Shown: positions 1 through 9,149 of the stretch, in pieces
Layout: each line of letters begins with the position of its first letter
Numbering within the stretch: the first letter of the stretch is position 1
DNA from: Thermovirgaceae bacterium
GTDB taxonomy: Bacteria; Synergistota; Synergistia; Synergistales; Thermovirgaceae
DNA length: 64,000 bases
NCBI GenBank assembly: GCA_046542505.1
Contig: JBKHBH010000001.1
Location: forward strand, 770 to 64,769
Direction: 5' to 3'
Notes under the pieces: generated by a model
Seen by the model: the letters and a program-made list of their open reading frames with translations, nothing else
Databases searched by the model: none
What the model was told of the DNA's origin: nothing
Program-made: the position numbers and the translations under genes

Positions 1-2
1 GG

Positions 3-530
3 ATGGGCGGCGCCGCGCTGGCCGTCATGAGCAGCGCGGGCAGCGGGAACCACGGGATCACGGCCATCCTCCCCGTTTACATCGTGGGCGAGCATGACGA
101 AAGAAGCCGGGAGGAGATCGCCAGAGCCATCGCCCTGAGTCACATGACCACGTCTTTTATAAAAAGCCGGATGGGACGCCTGAGTCCTGTCTGCGGCTGC
201 AGCGTCGCCGCCGGTGCGGGAGCCGCCGCGGGGATCGCCTTTTTGCGAAGCGGGAGTCTCGAGGCCGCCGAAAAGGCCGTGGCCATCGTCATGGCCGACC
301 TGGTAGGCATGATCTGCGACGGCGCCAAGGAAACCTGCGCCCTGAAAGTTGGCACGGGGGCCGCGGAAGCCTACTATGCCGCCATGCTTGCCCTTCGGGG
401 GGGACTCGAGCCGCCCCAGGGCATCGTGGACGAGGTCATCGAAAAGACGGTGGAAAACGCCGCGGAGCTCAACATAAAGGGCATGACCGACATCGACGGG
501 ATCCTCATCCGCCAGATGCAGCGGCGCTAA
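3..530 (+). CDS. UPF0597 / YhaM-CdsB family protein (serine-dehydratase-alpha-like, putative L-cysteine desulfidase type), C-terminal 175 aa; 5' end outside window
   Basis: ORF open at the window edge. Motifs SAGSGNHGITA, LSPVCGCS and MICDGAKETCALKVG fit my recollection of this family. TAA at 528-530 is followed by a terminator hairpin. Confidence 0.5.
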   Translation: MGGAALAVMSSAGSGNHGITAILPVYIVGEHDERSREEIARAIALSHMTTSFIKSRMGRLSPVCGCSVAAGAGAAAGIAFLRSGSLEAAEKAVAIVMADLVGMICDGAKETCALKVGTGAAEAYYAAMLALRGGLEPPQGIVDEVIEKTVENAAELNIKGMTDIDGILIRQMQRR

Positions 531-553
531 ACCGGAGGAAAGAGGGAAATACC

Positions 554-600
554 AAAGAGAGGCAACCCTTCGAGGCTGCCTCTCTTTGCCGTTATATTTT
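554..600. terminator. Bidirectional intrinsic terminator between convergent genes
   Basis: Perfect 11-bp stem AAAGAGAGGCA (554-564) / TGCCTCTCTTT (577-587) with a 12-nt loop and a T-rich tail GCCGTTATATTTTT. Confidence 0.55.
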
Positions 601-604
601 TGCT

Positions 605-1765
605 TCAGAGAGCCTTTTCCTTTTTTTTCACCACAACGCCGCGTTCCTTTAGATCTTCGAGAAGTGTGGCAAGCTGCTCTTCGGTAAAGGTTTTTTCGGG
701 GGGTACCACGCCCCTGAGGGCAAGGTCGCCACGGGCGATCATCCGGCAGGCGCTGGAACAGGGGAATGATGTGGTCTTGCCCATGGACGTAATGCCCTTT
801 TTTTCGTCGAAAAAATCGAGCATTTCGTAGGTAACGCAGGTCTTCCGTCCATCTTTTTCGCCGACCACATCTATCTGCAAAATGGTCAGGTCGGGTTCGC
901 CTTCCTCCAGGGTGATTTTGGGATCAAGGAGTTTCGTCAGGAATCTGGCGGGGCTGACGGAACATCCATTAAAGTCCACGGGCTCGTCGTCGAGGAGGCC
1001 GATCTCCCTCAAAAGGCCGAGCTTGTCGCACCAGCCGGGGTAACGGATGGTCTTTTCGGCGACGAACTGGATTCCGCTATCTTCGAGGGAAAGGGGAAGT
1101 GTGGAAAGACCGTCGGTGTAAAAACACTCGCATTCTCCGAGCGGTTCTGGGAGGGTTATTGTTTCCACTCCCGAAAGTGGTTCGACCTCGGTCAGTTTGC
1201 CATCCTTAATGATGAGGACTTTGCGTTTGCAGGCCTCAATGACGCTGCTGAAACAAAAGACCACCTTGTAATCCAGGGGGGGCTCGGGGTGGACGGGGAG
1301 CCCTCCAACCTTGAATACGGCGCTTTCGGCCTTGTCCATGGATTCGACGGCGTGTCCGACGAGCACGTTGGTCAGGCCGGGTGCCACACCCAGCCCCGGT
1401 ATTACAAGGACGCCCGCTTTCTTCGCCTCATCGTCGAGGGCAAGTCGTTTTTCCGGCTGGACGCCCACAAGGTCGACGGCGTGAGTTCCGGTTTTTATAG
1501 CCGCCTTGACGGCTCCGAGGCTAAAGCGATTGGGAAGGGCGATGGCGGCGATATCCATGTCCTCCATCTCTTTTTTGAGATCGCTTTCATCGGATGCGTC
1601 AATTGTTTTCGTTTTCAGTTTCGCCGAACCGATCCAGTTCTCGCAGTATTTAAGAAGTTTTTCATCCACGTCACCAAGGGTGACTTCACTGAACTCAGGG
1701 CTTTCCACCAAGTCTTTCGCGACGACCCGGCCCATAAGGCCAGCTCCAAGAACCAAAGCTTTCAA
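605..1765 (-). CDS. Saccharopine dehydrogenase-family NAD(P) oxidoreductase, paralog 1 (386 aa)
   Basis: TTG start with GAGGAGG 7 nt upstream. Rossmann N-terminus VLGAGLMGRVVAKDL. PGLGVAPGLTN and IRYPGW motifs are shared with the two plus-strand paralogs. Confidence 0.7.
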   Translation of the reverse strand: MKALVLGAGLMGRVVAKDLVESPEFSEVTLGDVDEKLLKYCENWIGSAKLKTKTIDASDESDLKKEMEDMDIAAIALPNRFSLGAVKAAIKTGTHAVDLVGVQPEKRLALDDEAKKAGVLVIPGLGVAPGLTNVLVGHAVESMDKAESAVFKVGGLPVHPEPPLDYKVVFCFSSVIEACKRKVLIIKDGKLTEVEPLSGVETITLPEPLGECECFYTDGLSTLPLSLEDSGIQFVAEKTIRYPGWCDKLGLLREIGLLDDEPVDFNGCSVSPARFLTKLLDPKITLEEGEPDLTILQIDVVGEKDGRKTCVTYEMLDFFDEKKGITSMGKTTSFPCSSACRMIARGDLALRGVVPPEKTFTEEQLATLLEDLKERGVVVKKKEKAL

Positions 1766-1780
1766 AAGAGCACCTCCTCA

Positions 1781-1816
1781 AAAATGAGGGGGCGGAGGAT
1801 TTCCCCCCCCGCCCCG
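1781..1816 (-). terminator. Possible intrinsic terminator or processing hairpin between the nhaC-like gene and the downstream dehydrogenase
   Basis: On the minus strand, GGGGCGG (1815-1809) pairs with CCGCCCC (1795-1789), followed by CUCAUUUUU. Confidence 0.3.
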
Positions 1817-1823
1817 TGTTGAT

Positions 1824-3374
1824 TTATCCCTGACTGGGTTCCTTGAAAAGGGGCCTTCCTTTTACCAGGGAAATCCCGTAAACAGTTACGATCAAAACGA
1901 CCAGAGTGATTGCCAAAGACACGATTCCCGAAGCGACGAATCCGGCGACGAGGTAGCCGATGGTTGCCGCAAAGGCCGCTGTCATGGCATAGGGAAGCTG
2001 GGTGTTGACGTGATCAATGTGGTCACAGCTTGACCCAATGGACGAAAGAATGGTTGTATCCGAGATTGGCGAGCAATGGTCGCCGAAGAGGCCTCCGCTC
2101 AGAACGGCACCGATGGCGGGGAAGATGGACAGGTCCATTGCAAGTGCCAGGGGTATGGCGATGGGCATGAAGATGGCGAAGGTTCCCCAGGACGTTCCTG
2201 TGGAGAAGGCCGTGAAGGCGGCGGGTATGAAAATGAGCGCATAGATGAGCGTCGGATTGACCAGTTTCTGGGCTACTGAGACGACGAAGGGTGCCGTTCC
2301 GACGTCGCTGCAGACACTGCCGATGGACCAGGCCAGGACAAGAATCGTCAGGGCTTCGACCATTCCGCGAACACCCTCAAGCCAGGTGAGAAAACCGTCG
2401 CCGAAATTGAAGACCTTTGTCTGGATGGACATTATGAGTGCGACGACGCCTGCAGCAAAGAAGGCCATGATGAGTGACGGCATGGTGCTCGAGTTCCTGA
2501 TGGCCTCAAAGAAGGTCCGTTCGGGGTAGTTCCCGGTCCACAGGAACATGGCGAAAAGGGTAATGAGCAATGCTGCGATAGGCAGAATCATGGACCAGAT
2601 TGTGGGCCTGGCCTCTTTGGGCATTTCTGTCGTGACATCCTCGCGCATGGGTCGGGCGTCGTCTCCGAGGAGTTTGCCTTCGTTAAAGGCTCTTTCCTCA
2701 GCGGCTTTCATCGGTCCGAATTCCAGGTTGGTAACGGCGATGATGAGAACCATGAGGATGGCAGCAATGGTGTAAAACTGGAACGGCACAGCTTCCATAA
2801 ATGCCCCGATAACGTTGTCCTGGATTCCTGCGTTTTCGAACTCCGTCTTCAACAGGCCCATGACGTAGGCGCCCCATGCCGTGATCGGAAGAAGCAGAGG
2901 AACCGCTGCACTGGTAGAGTCCGTGATGTAAGCCAGTTTTTCCCTCGATACTCGAACCCTGTCGGTGATCGGTTTGAAGACCGGACCGACTACGACGGGG
3001 TTTGTGGAATCACTGAAAAAGACGCCGAGGCCGCCGAGCCACGTAACGATCTGCGCACTCCTGCGGCTTTTGACGTATTTCCGCATCGATTCCGCAAAGG
3101 CGTGGGCCCCGCCGCCACGCTCGAGGAGCATGGCAAAGCCGCCGACCATGATGGTCATGAGAAGCACCGATGCGTTCCATGAATTAGCCATACTGCCAAG
3201 AATGAATTCGCGGAAGGTATCGACGATGCCAACTACCGGGTTCCATCCGGCGAGCATTGTAGCCCCGATCCAGACGCCGACAAAAAGACTGAGAATAGTC
3301 TGTTTGGTCCACATTGCCAGTGCGATGGCGAGAACCGGAGGCAACAATGAAAGAACTCCCATGGTTTCTTCCAT
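1824..3374 (-). CDS. NhaC-family Na+/H+ antiporter-like membrane transporter (516 aa)
   Basis: Polytopic hydrophobic protein. The N-terminal LLPPVLAIALAMWTK and SDSTNPVVVGPV / ITDSTSAAV segments are typical of the NhaC family. ATG at 3374. Confidence 0.7.
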   Translation of the reverse strand: MEETMGVLSLLPPVLAIALAMWTKQTILSLFVGVWIGATMLAGWNPVVGIVDTFREFILGSMANSWNASVLLMTIMVGGFAMLLERGGGAHAFAESMRKYVKSRRSAQIVTWLGGLGVFFSDSTNPVVVGPVFKPITDRVRVSREKLAYITDSTSAAVPLLLPITAWGAYVMGLLKTEFENAGIQDNVIGAFMEAVPFQFYTIAAILMVLIIAVTNLEFGPMKAAEERAFNEGKLLGDDARPMREDVTTEMPKEARPTIWSMILPIAALLITLFAMFLWTGNYPERTFFEAIRNSSTMPSLIMAFFAAGVVALIMSIQTKVFNFGDGFLTWLEGVRGMVEALTILVLAWSIGSVCSDVGTAPFVVSVAQKLVNPTLIYALIFIPAAFTAFSTGTSWGTFAIFMPIAIPLALAMDLSIFPAIGAVLSGGLFGDHCSPISDTTILSSIGSSCDHIDHVNTQLPYAMTAAFAATIGYLVAGFVASGIVSLAITLVVLIVTVYGISLVKGRPLFKEPSQG

Positions 3375-3490
3375 ACGATACTACACCTCTTTTCTGTGGT
3401 TTCTTTCTCTCCCGAAACAAATTCCGCCGCTTGGAATGATGTTTCCCGATGAATCCCTCCCTTCGTGATAAAGTCATAAAAACAAAAGAC

Positions 3491-3515
3491 ATTTGTCAAC
3501 AAAATAATGACAAAT
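3491..3515. promoter_or_regulatory. Inverted repeat ATTTGTCA-N9-TGACAAAT in the divergent control region (candidate GntR-type operator)
   Basis: Perfect 8-bp arms at 3491-3498 and 3508-3515. It is nested in a larger imperfect palindrome (AAAAACAAAAG 3478-3488 / CTTTTGTTTTT 3532-3542), in an AT-rich 330-bp gap between divergent operons. Confidence 0.4.
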
Positions 3516-3557
3516 TACAAAAAAGAAATGACTTTTGTTTTTAACGAAAAATACTTG

Positions 3558-3585
3558 TTGCACATAAACGATAATCGTTTATACT
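3558..3585 (+). promoter_or_regulatory. Candidate sigma70-type promoter TTGCAC-16 nt-TATACT whose spacer is filled by a perfect 19-bp palindrome ATAAACGATAATCGTTTAT (3564-3582)
   Basis: Hexamers and spacing read directly. The palindrome has 9-bp arms around A3573. It lies about 120 nt upstream of the first plus-strand gene. Confidence 0.45.
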
Positions 3586-3701
3586 TCACTCCCAGAAGTC
3601 ATACCATTGAAGCTGCATACTGTCAATATCAAAGCAGCGTAATGAAATACATATGCAGTGAAGGGATCCAATGGATGGTCAAATACAAGCGAGGTGGGAG
3701 A

Positions 3702-4430
3702 ATGACTAATTCGTCTGATGCACGCATTGCCATACTCTGCTGGGAGGAAGGACATGTCCCGAAGGGGCTTGTCCAGCTCGAGAGCCTGGTGGGAAACAGC
3801 ACGAATCTCGATTCTTACCCCTTCCCGGTCCGGCTCTGCAGGATCAGGGGAGCCAATCTACAGACGGTTCTGGAAAGCCCGAGCCGCGAAGTGCTCCAGA
3901 GAATGATCGAGACGTCACAGGAACTGGTATCCGAAGGAATCCAGGCAATCACCACGAGCTGCGGGTTCAATGCCGTGTTTCAGCGGGAGCTTGCGGAAGC
4001 CGTCGACGTTCCCGTTTTCACGTCCAGCCTCCTTCAGATCCCCTTCGTGACGAACCTGCTTGCCCCCGAAAAGGCGATCTCCGTCATAACAGCCAAAAAG
4101 ACATCCCTGAAAAAAGAACATTTCGAGGCGGCGGGTATCATGCCCACCATGAACGTCGAGGTTTTCGGTATGGAAGAGTCCCCCGAGTGGAACAAGATAT
4201 TCACTGCTCCCGACGAACCCATCGATCTCGGTATCGTGGAGAAAGATGTCGTTGAAACAGCTCGTTCCGCCGTCAAAAAACGTCCCGATACGGGTGCCGT
4301 CGTCCTCGAATGCACGGACCTGCCGCCCTTCGCCCAGGCCATCCGGGATACAACGGGGCTTCCCGTCTTTGATTTCGTCACCATGATGGGATTTGTCGCC
4401 AGATCTCTGGGCATAGTGTCAGCTTACTGA
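3702..4430 (+). CDS. Asp/Glu/hydantoin-racemase superfamily protein (242 aa) with both catalytic-type cysteines
   Basis: ATG 3702 is preceded by GAGGTGGGAG, and the longer ORF from 3507 runs through AT-rich promoter DNA. Motifs AITTSCGFNA and VVLECTDLPPFA resemble the two Cys motifs (xCNTA / GCTELP) of the family. Confidence 0.55.
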   Translation: MTNSSDARIAILCWEEGHVPKGLVQLESLVGNSTNLDSYPFPVRLCRIRGANLQTVLESPSREVLQRMIETSQELVSEGIQAITTSCGFNAVFQRELAEAVDVPVFTSSLLQIPFVTNLLAPEKAISVITAKKTSLKKEHFEAAGIMPTMNVEVFGMEESPEWNKIFTAPDEPIDLGIVEKDVVETARSAVKKRPDTGAVVLECTDLPPFAQAIRDTTGLPVFDFVTMMGFVARSLGIVSAY

Positions 4431-4471
4431 CGGCAGAAGCGAAAAGACAGATTGCAAAGGAGCGGATAAAA

Positions 4472-5794
4472 ATGAAAACTGTTCTCATACTTGGAGCAGG
4501 CCGGGTGTCTGGCCCCTGTATCGAGTACCTCGTGAGAAAAGGCGGCTGCAAAACCATCGTGGCCGATATCTCGACTGAAAACCTCGCCGAAACGGCGAAA
4601 TTCTTTCCCTCGGTGGAAACTGTGGAATCCGATGTGGTGACAGAAGCGGGAAGCTTGATGGACCGGTTTTCCCCCGATCTTGTGATCAACCTGATGCCGC
4701 CCTTTCTAATGGCTCCTGTGGCAAGGCTTTGTCTTGACAAGGGGATCCACCTGGTACACCCCGCCTATCTCGATGAAGAGACCCGGGCCATGGATGAGGA
4801 ATGCCGCGAGGCGGGACTGGTTTTCGTCACGGAGCTGGGGCTCGACCCCGGGATCGATCATATGTCTGCGGTGAGCACCATCAATGAGATCCATAACGAG
4901 GGCGGAAAGGTAGAGTCCTTCAGTTCGGTCTGCGGGGCACTGCCTGCAGCGGATGCCAATACGAATCCCTGGGGCTATAAGTTGTCATGGTCGCCGTCGA
5001 GTCTGATCGGCGCCAGCAAACGGACGGCGCGTATTCTGCAGGACGGAAGGGAAATCCTCTGGCCCGACGGTGAAACCTATGAACACGTCAGGTTTTATGA
5101 AATCCCGCGCCTGGGAACTTTCGAGATCTACGCCAATGCCGATTCCATTCCTTACCGGGAATTCTACGAGATCCCCGAAGCGAAGGATATCTACCGGGGA
5201 ACCATCAGATATCCCGGATGGTGCGAGACCATATGCCACCTGAACGCCATGGGGTTTTTCGAGGAAGATGCAAAGGACCTCACGGGGCTCACCTTCAGTC
5301 AGTTCACGGCCCAACAGGCGGGAGCCGAAAAAAGCGCGGATCCGAAAAAAGCTGTCTGCGATTTTCTCGGATGCAGGGAATGGGCAACGGTAATCCTCCG
5401 CATGGAATGGCTCGGGTTCTTTGACGACCGATCCCTGCCTTTCGAAAAGGGATCCCCGAGAGACGTCATCTCGGCGCTTTTTTCCGAAAAACTTGTCTAC
5501 CAACCTGGCGAGAAGGACCTCGTGATCCTTCGCGACGAGGTGACCGCCTCCTATCCGGACGGAACGAAAAAGCGCCATTCCTCGACCCTCGTCGATTACG
5601 GCATCCCCGATTCATGGTCCTCGATAGCGAGAACCACCGGGATCCCGCCGGCCATCGCCGCCCGCTTCATTCTCAAAGGCAGGATTCTGACGCCGGGCGT
5701 TCATATCCCGGTCCTGCCCGAAATCTACGAGCCCCTTCTCGAGGAGCTCAGGGGCGAAAATATCAGCATGCAGGAAGAAGTTATTTCCCTTTAA
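4472..5794 (+). CDS. Saccharopine dehydrogenase/reductase (LYS9-like) family oxidoreductase, paralog 2 (440 aa)
   Basis: ILGAGRVSGPCIEYL Rossmann motif. GLDPGIDHMSA, NPWGYKLSWSP and GTIRYPGW closely resemble saccharopine reductase motifs. Confidence 0.75.
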   Translation: MKTVLILGAGRVSGPCIEYLVRKGGCKTIVADISTENLAETAKFFPSVETVESDVVTEAGSLMDRFSPDLVINLMPPFLMAPVARLCLDKGIHLVHPAYLDEETRAMDEECREAGLVFVTELGLDPGIDHMSAVSTINEIHNEGGKVESFSSVCGALPAADANTNPWGYKLSWSPSSLIGASKRTARILQDGREILWPDGETYEHVRFYEIPRLGTFEIYANADSIPYREFYEIPEAKDIYRGTIRYPGWCETICHLNAMGFFEEDAKDLTGLTFSQFTAQQAGAEKSADPKKAVCDFLGCREWATVILRMEWLGFFDDRSLPFEKGSPRDVISALFSEKLVYQPGEKDLVILRDEVTASYPDGTKKRHSSTLVDYGIPDSWSSIARTTGIPPAIAARFILKGRILTPGVHIPVLPEIYEPLLEELRGENISMQEEVISL

Positions 5795-5797
5795 GGG

Positions 5798-7105
5798 TTG
5801 ACCTTCTCGAAAGGAAGACCGGGTTTGTACAGACTCGAAGATCAAGGGCGCAAAACGCGTTATACCGATGAGCTGGAGAATGTTAGGGCCGAACTGGACA
5901 GCCGGAACGCAGCAGGCCTGATCCTCCCCTCCCTGCCACCGGCAAAGGCCCCGGATATTTCCGGAGCCTTTGCGTCGCCCTGTAGTGGAAAGAGGCTCCG
6001 GGATATTGCCCGTGGAACAAAAAAGGCGGTGATCCTGGTCTCCGACGCAACGCGGAAGGTTCCCACGGCCGATGTCCTGCCGGCTGTCATGGAGGAACTT
6101 CTCGCTGCCGGGATGGACGAACGGAACGTTACCGCCGTGGTAGCACTCGGGGTGCACCGCAGAGCCACGGAATCGGAAATGCGGGATATTCTCGGCTCAT
6201 GGTGGGAACGCATTTTTATCGAGAACCACGATGCCTTCTCAGCCGAACGACTGGTGGAAATCGGGACCACAAGTCGCGGAACGCCCCTGTCTGTTAACAG
6301 GACGGCTTACGAGGCTGACCTGCGGATTACCGTTGGCAAGGTAGAGCCACACGAGTTTGCGGGCTTTTCGGGCGGCAGGAAATCCGTACTGCCGGGGATC
6401 GCCGGCGAGCGGACGATTCGGGAAAACCACAACCCCCAATGGCTGATGGCCCCCGGTGCGGTTCCGGGGCGCCTCGAGGACAACCCCATTCATGAGGATA
6501 TGCTGGAGGCGGCGGGCATGCTGGGTGTAGATTTTGCCGTAAATCTACTCGTCGATGAAAGCAACAGGCTTCGTGAGGTTTTTTGCGGTGATCCCGTCGA
6601 AAGCCATGAAGCGGCGGTGGCCGCCTCTGTCAGGGACCTCCGCGTGAAACTTGGGGAGCCGCCGAAGATTGTGGTCACCACTCCCGGCGAGCCGCTCAAT
6701 ATCTGCCTGTACCAGGCTGTCAAGCCCCTGATCGCCCTTGCTCCGGTCTTGGCCCCTGGAGGGACCATGATTCTTTACGCGAAATGCCCGGAGGGGATCG
6801 ATTCCCCCGACATGGTGCGACCCTTCGAGGAAGCCGAGAGTCTTGACGGGGCCCTCGACTATCTCGTCGAAAATTACCGGATCCAGATGGACCATGCCCT
6901 TTTGCTCGCAAAGATCATGAAGGGCGGAACGGAAATCGTCGTCGTGGCTCCGACAGTTCCCGACGAAACGATCGAAAAGATGCACATGACCCCCGCAGGA
7001 ACGCTGCAGGAAGCCGCCGATTATGCCTTGAACCGGACGCGGAAAGAAGCAGGGGTGCTCTTTTTCCCTTGCGCGCAACGTTTCCTGCCCGAAATCGGAA
7101 GGTGA
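5798..7105 (+). CDS. LarA-family (nickel-pincer cofactor dependent) 2-hydroxyacid racemase/epimerase homolog (435 aa)
   Basis: TTG start 4 nt after the preceding stop. Motifs SDATRKVPT, ALGVHRRAT, EPHEFAGFSGGRKS and RENHNP align by eye with the LarA catalytic His/His, cofactor-tethering Lys and Ni-ligand His. Confidence 0.75.
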   Translation: MTFSKGRPGLYRLEDQGRKTRYTDELENVRAELDSRNAAGLILPSLPPAKAPDISGAFASPCSGKRLRDIARGTKKAVILVSDATRKVPTADVLPAVMEELLAAGMDERNVTAVVALGVHRRATESEMRDILGSWWERIFIENHDAFSAERLVEIGTTSRGTPLSVNRTAYEADLRITVGKVEPHEFAGFSGGRKSVLPGIAGERTIRENHNPQWLMAPGAVPGRLEDNPIHEDMLEAAGMLGVDFAVNLLVDESNRLREVFCGDPVESHEAAVAASVRDLRVKLGEPPKIVVTTPGEPLNICLYQAVKPLIALAPVLAPGGTMILYAKCPEGIDSPDMVRPFEEAESLDGALDYLVENYRIQMDHALLLAKIMKGGTEIVVVAPTVPDETIEKMHMTPAGTLQEAADYALNRTRKEAGVLFFPCAQRFLPEIGR

Positions 7106-7109
7106 TCTA

Positions 7110-7811
7110 ATGGAAACACTCAGTGAAAGCAAACCAATGAAGCGAAGACTGCTCAGTGACGATGTAGTCGAGCATCTCATCGATGAGATCCTTGGAGGGG
7201 GCCTCAAACCCGGGGACAGGGTGGTGGAGCTCCGCCTGGCCAAGAGTATGGGCGTGAGCCAGAGTACCGTCCGGGAAGCGATGAGGGAGCTCGAAGTCAG
7301 GGGATACCTGTATTCTCTTCCTTTCAAAGGGGCCTTCGTGAGAGAGTTCAATCTGGAAGGACTGGCGGATTATTTCAGGACCAGGACGGAACTGGAAATG
7401 ATCGCCGCCGGGTGGGCCTGCGAGCAGGAATACGCCGGAGTGGACTGGGAAGCCATGAAGACATGCCTTGAGGAGATGGCAAAGGCTACAGCTTCCGGGG
7501 ACCATATCACCCTCAGGAAGGCGGACATGCGGTTTCACAGGGCCATTGTCGAAGGTGCAGGGAGCCAGTCACTGCTGGCGGCATGGAATGCCCTGAGTCA
7601 CAGGTTCTGGGGATATTACGGCATGCACATGGAACAGAAGATTGCGAGGTTCAAGATCCAGGAGAGCCTGCACAGGCAGATTTTCACCCTCTACAGGCAA
7701 GGAAGGCTCGAGGAGCTCCGGCAGCAACTTCTGGATCACTATATAGACGTGAATACCGCTCAAAAGCTGGACCACAGGACAAAGGCGGATTCAGGTGAGG
7801 AGATGAAATGA
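7110..7811 (+). CDS. GntR/FadR-family transcriptional regulator (233 aa)
   Basis: N-terminal wHTH LRLAKSMGVSQSTVREAMRELEVRGYL with an all-helical FCD-like C-terminus. Its stop overlaps the next start (ATGA at 7808-7811). Confidence 0.8.
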   Translation: METLSESKPMKRRLLSDDVVEHLIDEILGGGLKPGDRVVELRLAKSMGVSQSTVREAMRELEVRGYLYSLPFKGAFVREFNLEGLADYFRTRTELEMIAAGWACEQEYAGVDWEAMKTCLEEMAKATASGDHITLRKADMRFHRAIVEGAGSQSLLAAWNALSHRFWGYYGMHMEQKIARFKIQESLHRQIFTLYRQGRLEELRQQLLDHYIDVNTAQKLDHRTKADSGEEMK

Positions 7812-9091
7812 TGTATTTCGGGAAAAAAAGATTCGAAATCAGCCGGATAGAAGCACGGGAAATCCTGGATTGCCGATTCAACCCGACCGTCCAGGTTGAC
7901 GTCTGGGTCAATGAGGAACATTTCGGCAGGGCCGATGTTCCGGCCGGGAGGTCCCGGGGCGAGCGTGAGGCCTGGGAGCTCAGAGACGGCGATGAAGCCG
8001 TCTTCGGCGGGCTTGGAGTCTTGCAGGCCGTGAAGAACATCAGGGAAGGGATTGCCCCGGCGCTCAGAGGCATGGATGTCCGGGACCAGAGGTTGATCGA
8101 CCTGTCAATGATCGACCTTGACGGCACGGCAAACAAGAAGAACCTGGGCGGAAACGCCATCATCGGCGTGTCCCTGGCCTGCGCCAGGGCGGCGGCCGCA
8201 GCCTGCGGCCTTCCCCTTTACAGGTATATCGGGGGCAACGCCCATGTATTGCCCGTCCCCCTGCTCAACTACATCAACGGCGGTCGCCTCACGTCGAATG
8301 ACCTGGATTTCCAGGAAATCTGCATCTTTCCGGTGGGTGCGGAAACCTTCCGGGAGGCCATGATCATCGGCTGGGATGTCTACAACGAACTTCGGGAGAT
8401 TCTTGCCTCGAAATATGGCAAGATTGCCGTCAACGTTGGTGACGAAGGGGGATTTGCGCCACCCATTGTCAGCATCCGAGAGGCCATGGATCATCTCGTC
8501 AAGTCCGTCGAACAGGCGGGGCATGCGGAAAAGGTGGTTTACGGTTTCGACTGCGCCGCAAGCCATTTCTTTGACGCCGGGAAAAAGAAATACAGGCTCG
8601 AGGGCAAGGATCTCACCAGCGAAGAGCTTTTGACTTTCTACAAGGATCTGATCGCCCGGTACCCGATCGCCACCATGGAAGATCCCTTTGATGAAGACGA
8701 CGTGGAGGGCTTCCGGATGGCCACGGAACAGCTGGGTATCCAGATCGTCGGTGATGATTTCCTCTGCACCAACCCCAGGCTCATCAAGGAGAGATCCCAC
8801 GCCTGCAATGCCCTGCTTTTTAAATTCAACCAGGTCGGGACGCTTTCAGAGGCTTTCGATGCGGCCGAGAGCGCATACCGTCATGGTTTCGGGATCATGG
8901 TGTCGGAACGTTCCGGCGAGACGGAAGACCCCTTCCTGGCGGATGTCTCCGTGGGACTGAACACCGGGCAGATCAAGACGGGCGCGACCCGTTCCGAACG
9001 GACGGTGAAATACAACCGGCTGCTTGAGATCGAGGCGGAACTCGGCAAAGCGGCCCTTTATGCGGGAAACTTCTACAGGAATCCTTTCTAG
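7808..9091 (+). CDS. Enolase-family protein, divergent paralog (427 aa)
   Basis: Enolase motifs GDEGGFAP, MEDPFDEDD, VGDDFLCTNP, FKFNQVGT, SGETED and GQIKTG are present. Two canonical His positions are replaced (NGGRLTSN, VSERSGETED). Confidence 0.8.
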   Translation: MMYFGKKRFEISRIEAREILDCRFNPTVQVDVWVNEEHFGRADVPAGRSRGEREAWELRDGDEAVFGGLGVLQAVKNIREGIAPALRGMDVRDQRLIDLSMIDLDGTANKKNLGGNAIIGVSLACARAAAAACGLPLYRYIGGNAHVLPVPLLNYINGGRLTSNDLDFQEICIFPVGAETFREAMIIGWDVYNELREILASKYGKIAVNVGDEGGFAPPIVSIREAMDHLVKSVEQAGHAEKVVYGFDCAASHFFDAGKKKYRLEGKDLTSEELLTFYKDLIARYPIATMEDPFDEDDVEGFRMATEQLGIQIVGDDFLCTNPRLIKERSHACNALLFKFNQVGTLSEAFDAAESAYRHGFGIMVSERSGETEDPFLADVSVGLNTGQIKTGATRSERTVKYNRLLEIEAELGKAALYAGNFYRNPF

Positions 9092-9149
9092 GTCGAAAGG
9101 CGGCTTGACGCATCGGGGAGGAGCATGAAACCCGGGAGGATGCGTTTTT

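Noticed and set aside
3507-3701. 65-codon N-terminal extension of the racemase-family ORF (track start 3507)
   Set aside because: The extension runs through AT-rich promoter/operator DNA, has no RBS, and encodes an atypical Asn/Lys/Tyr-rich peptide. ATG 3702 has GAGGTGGGAG upstream.
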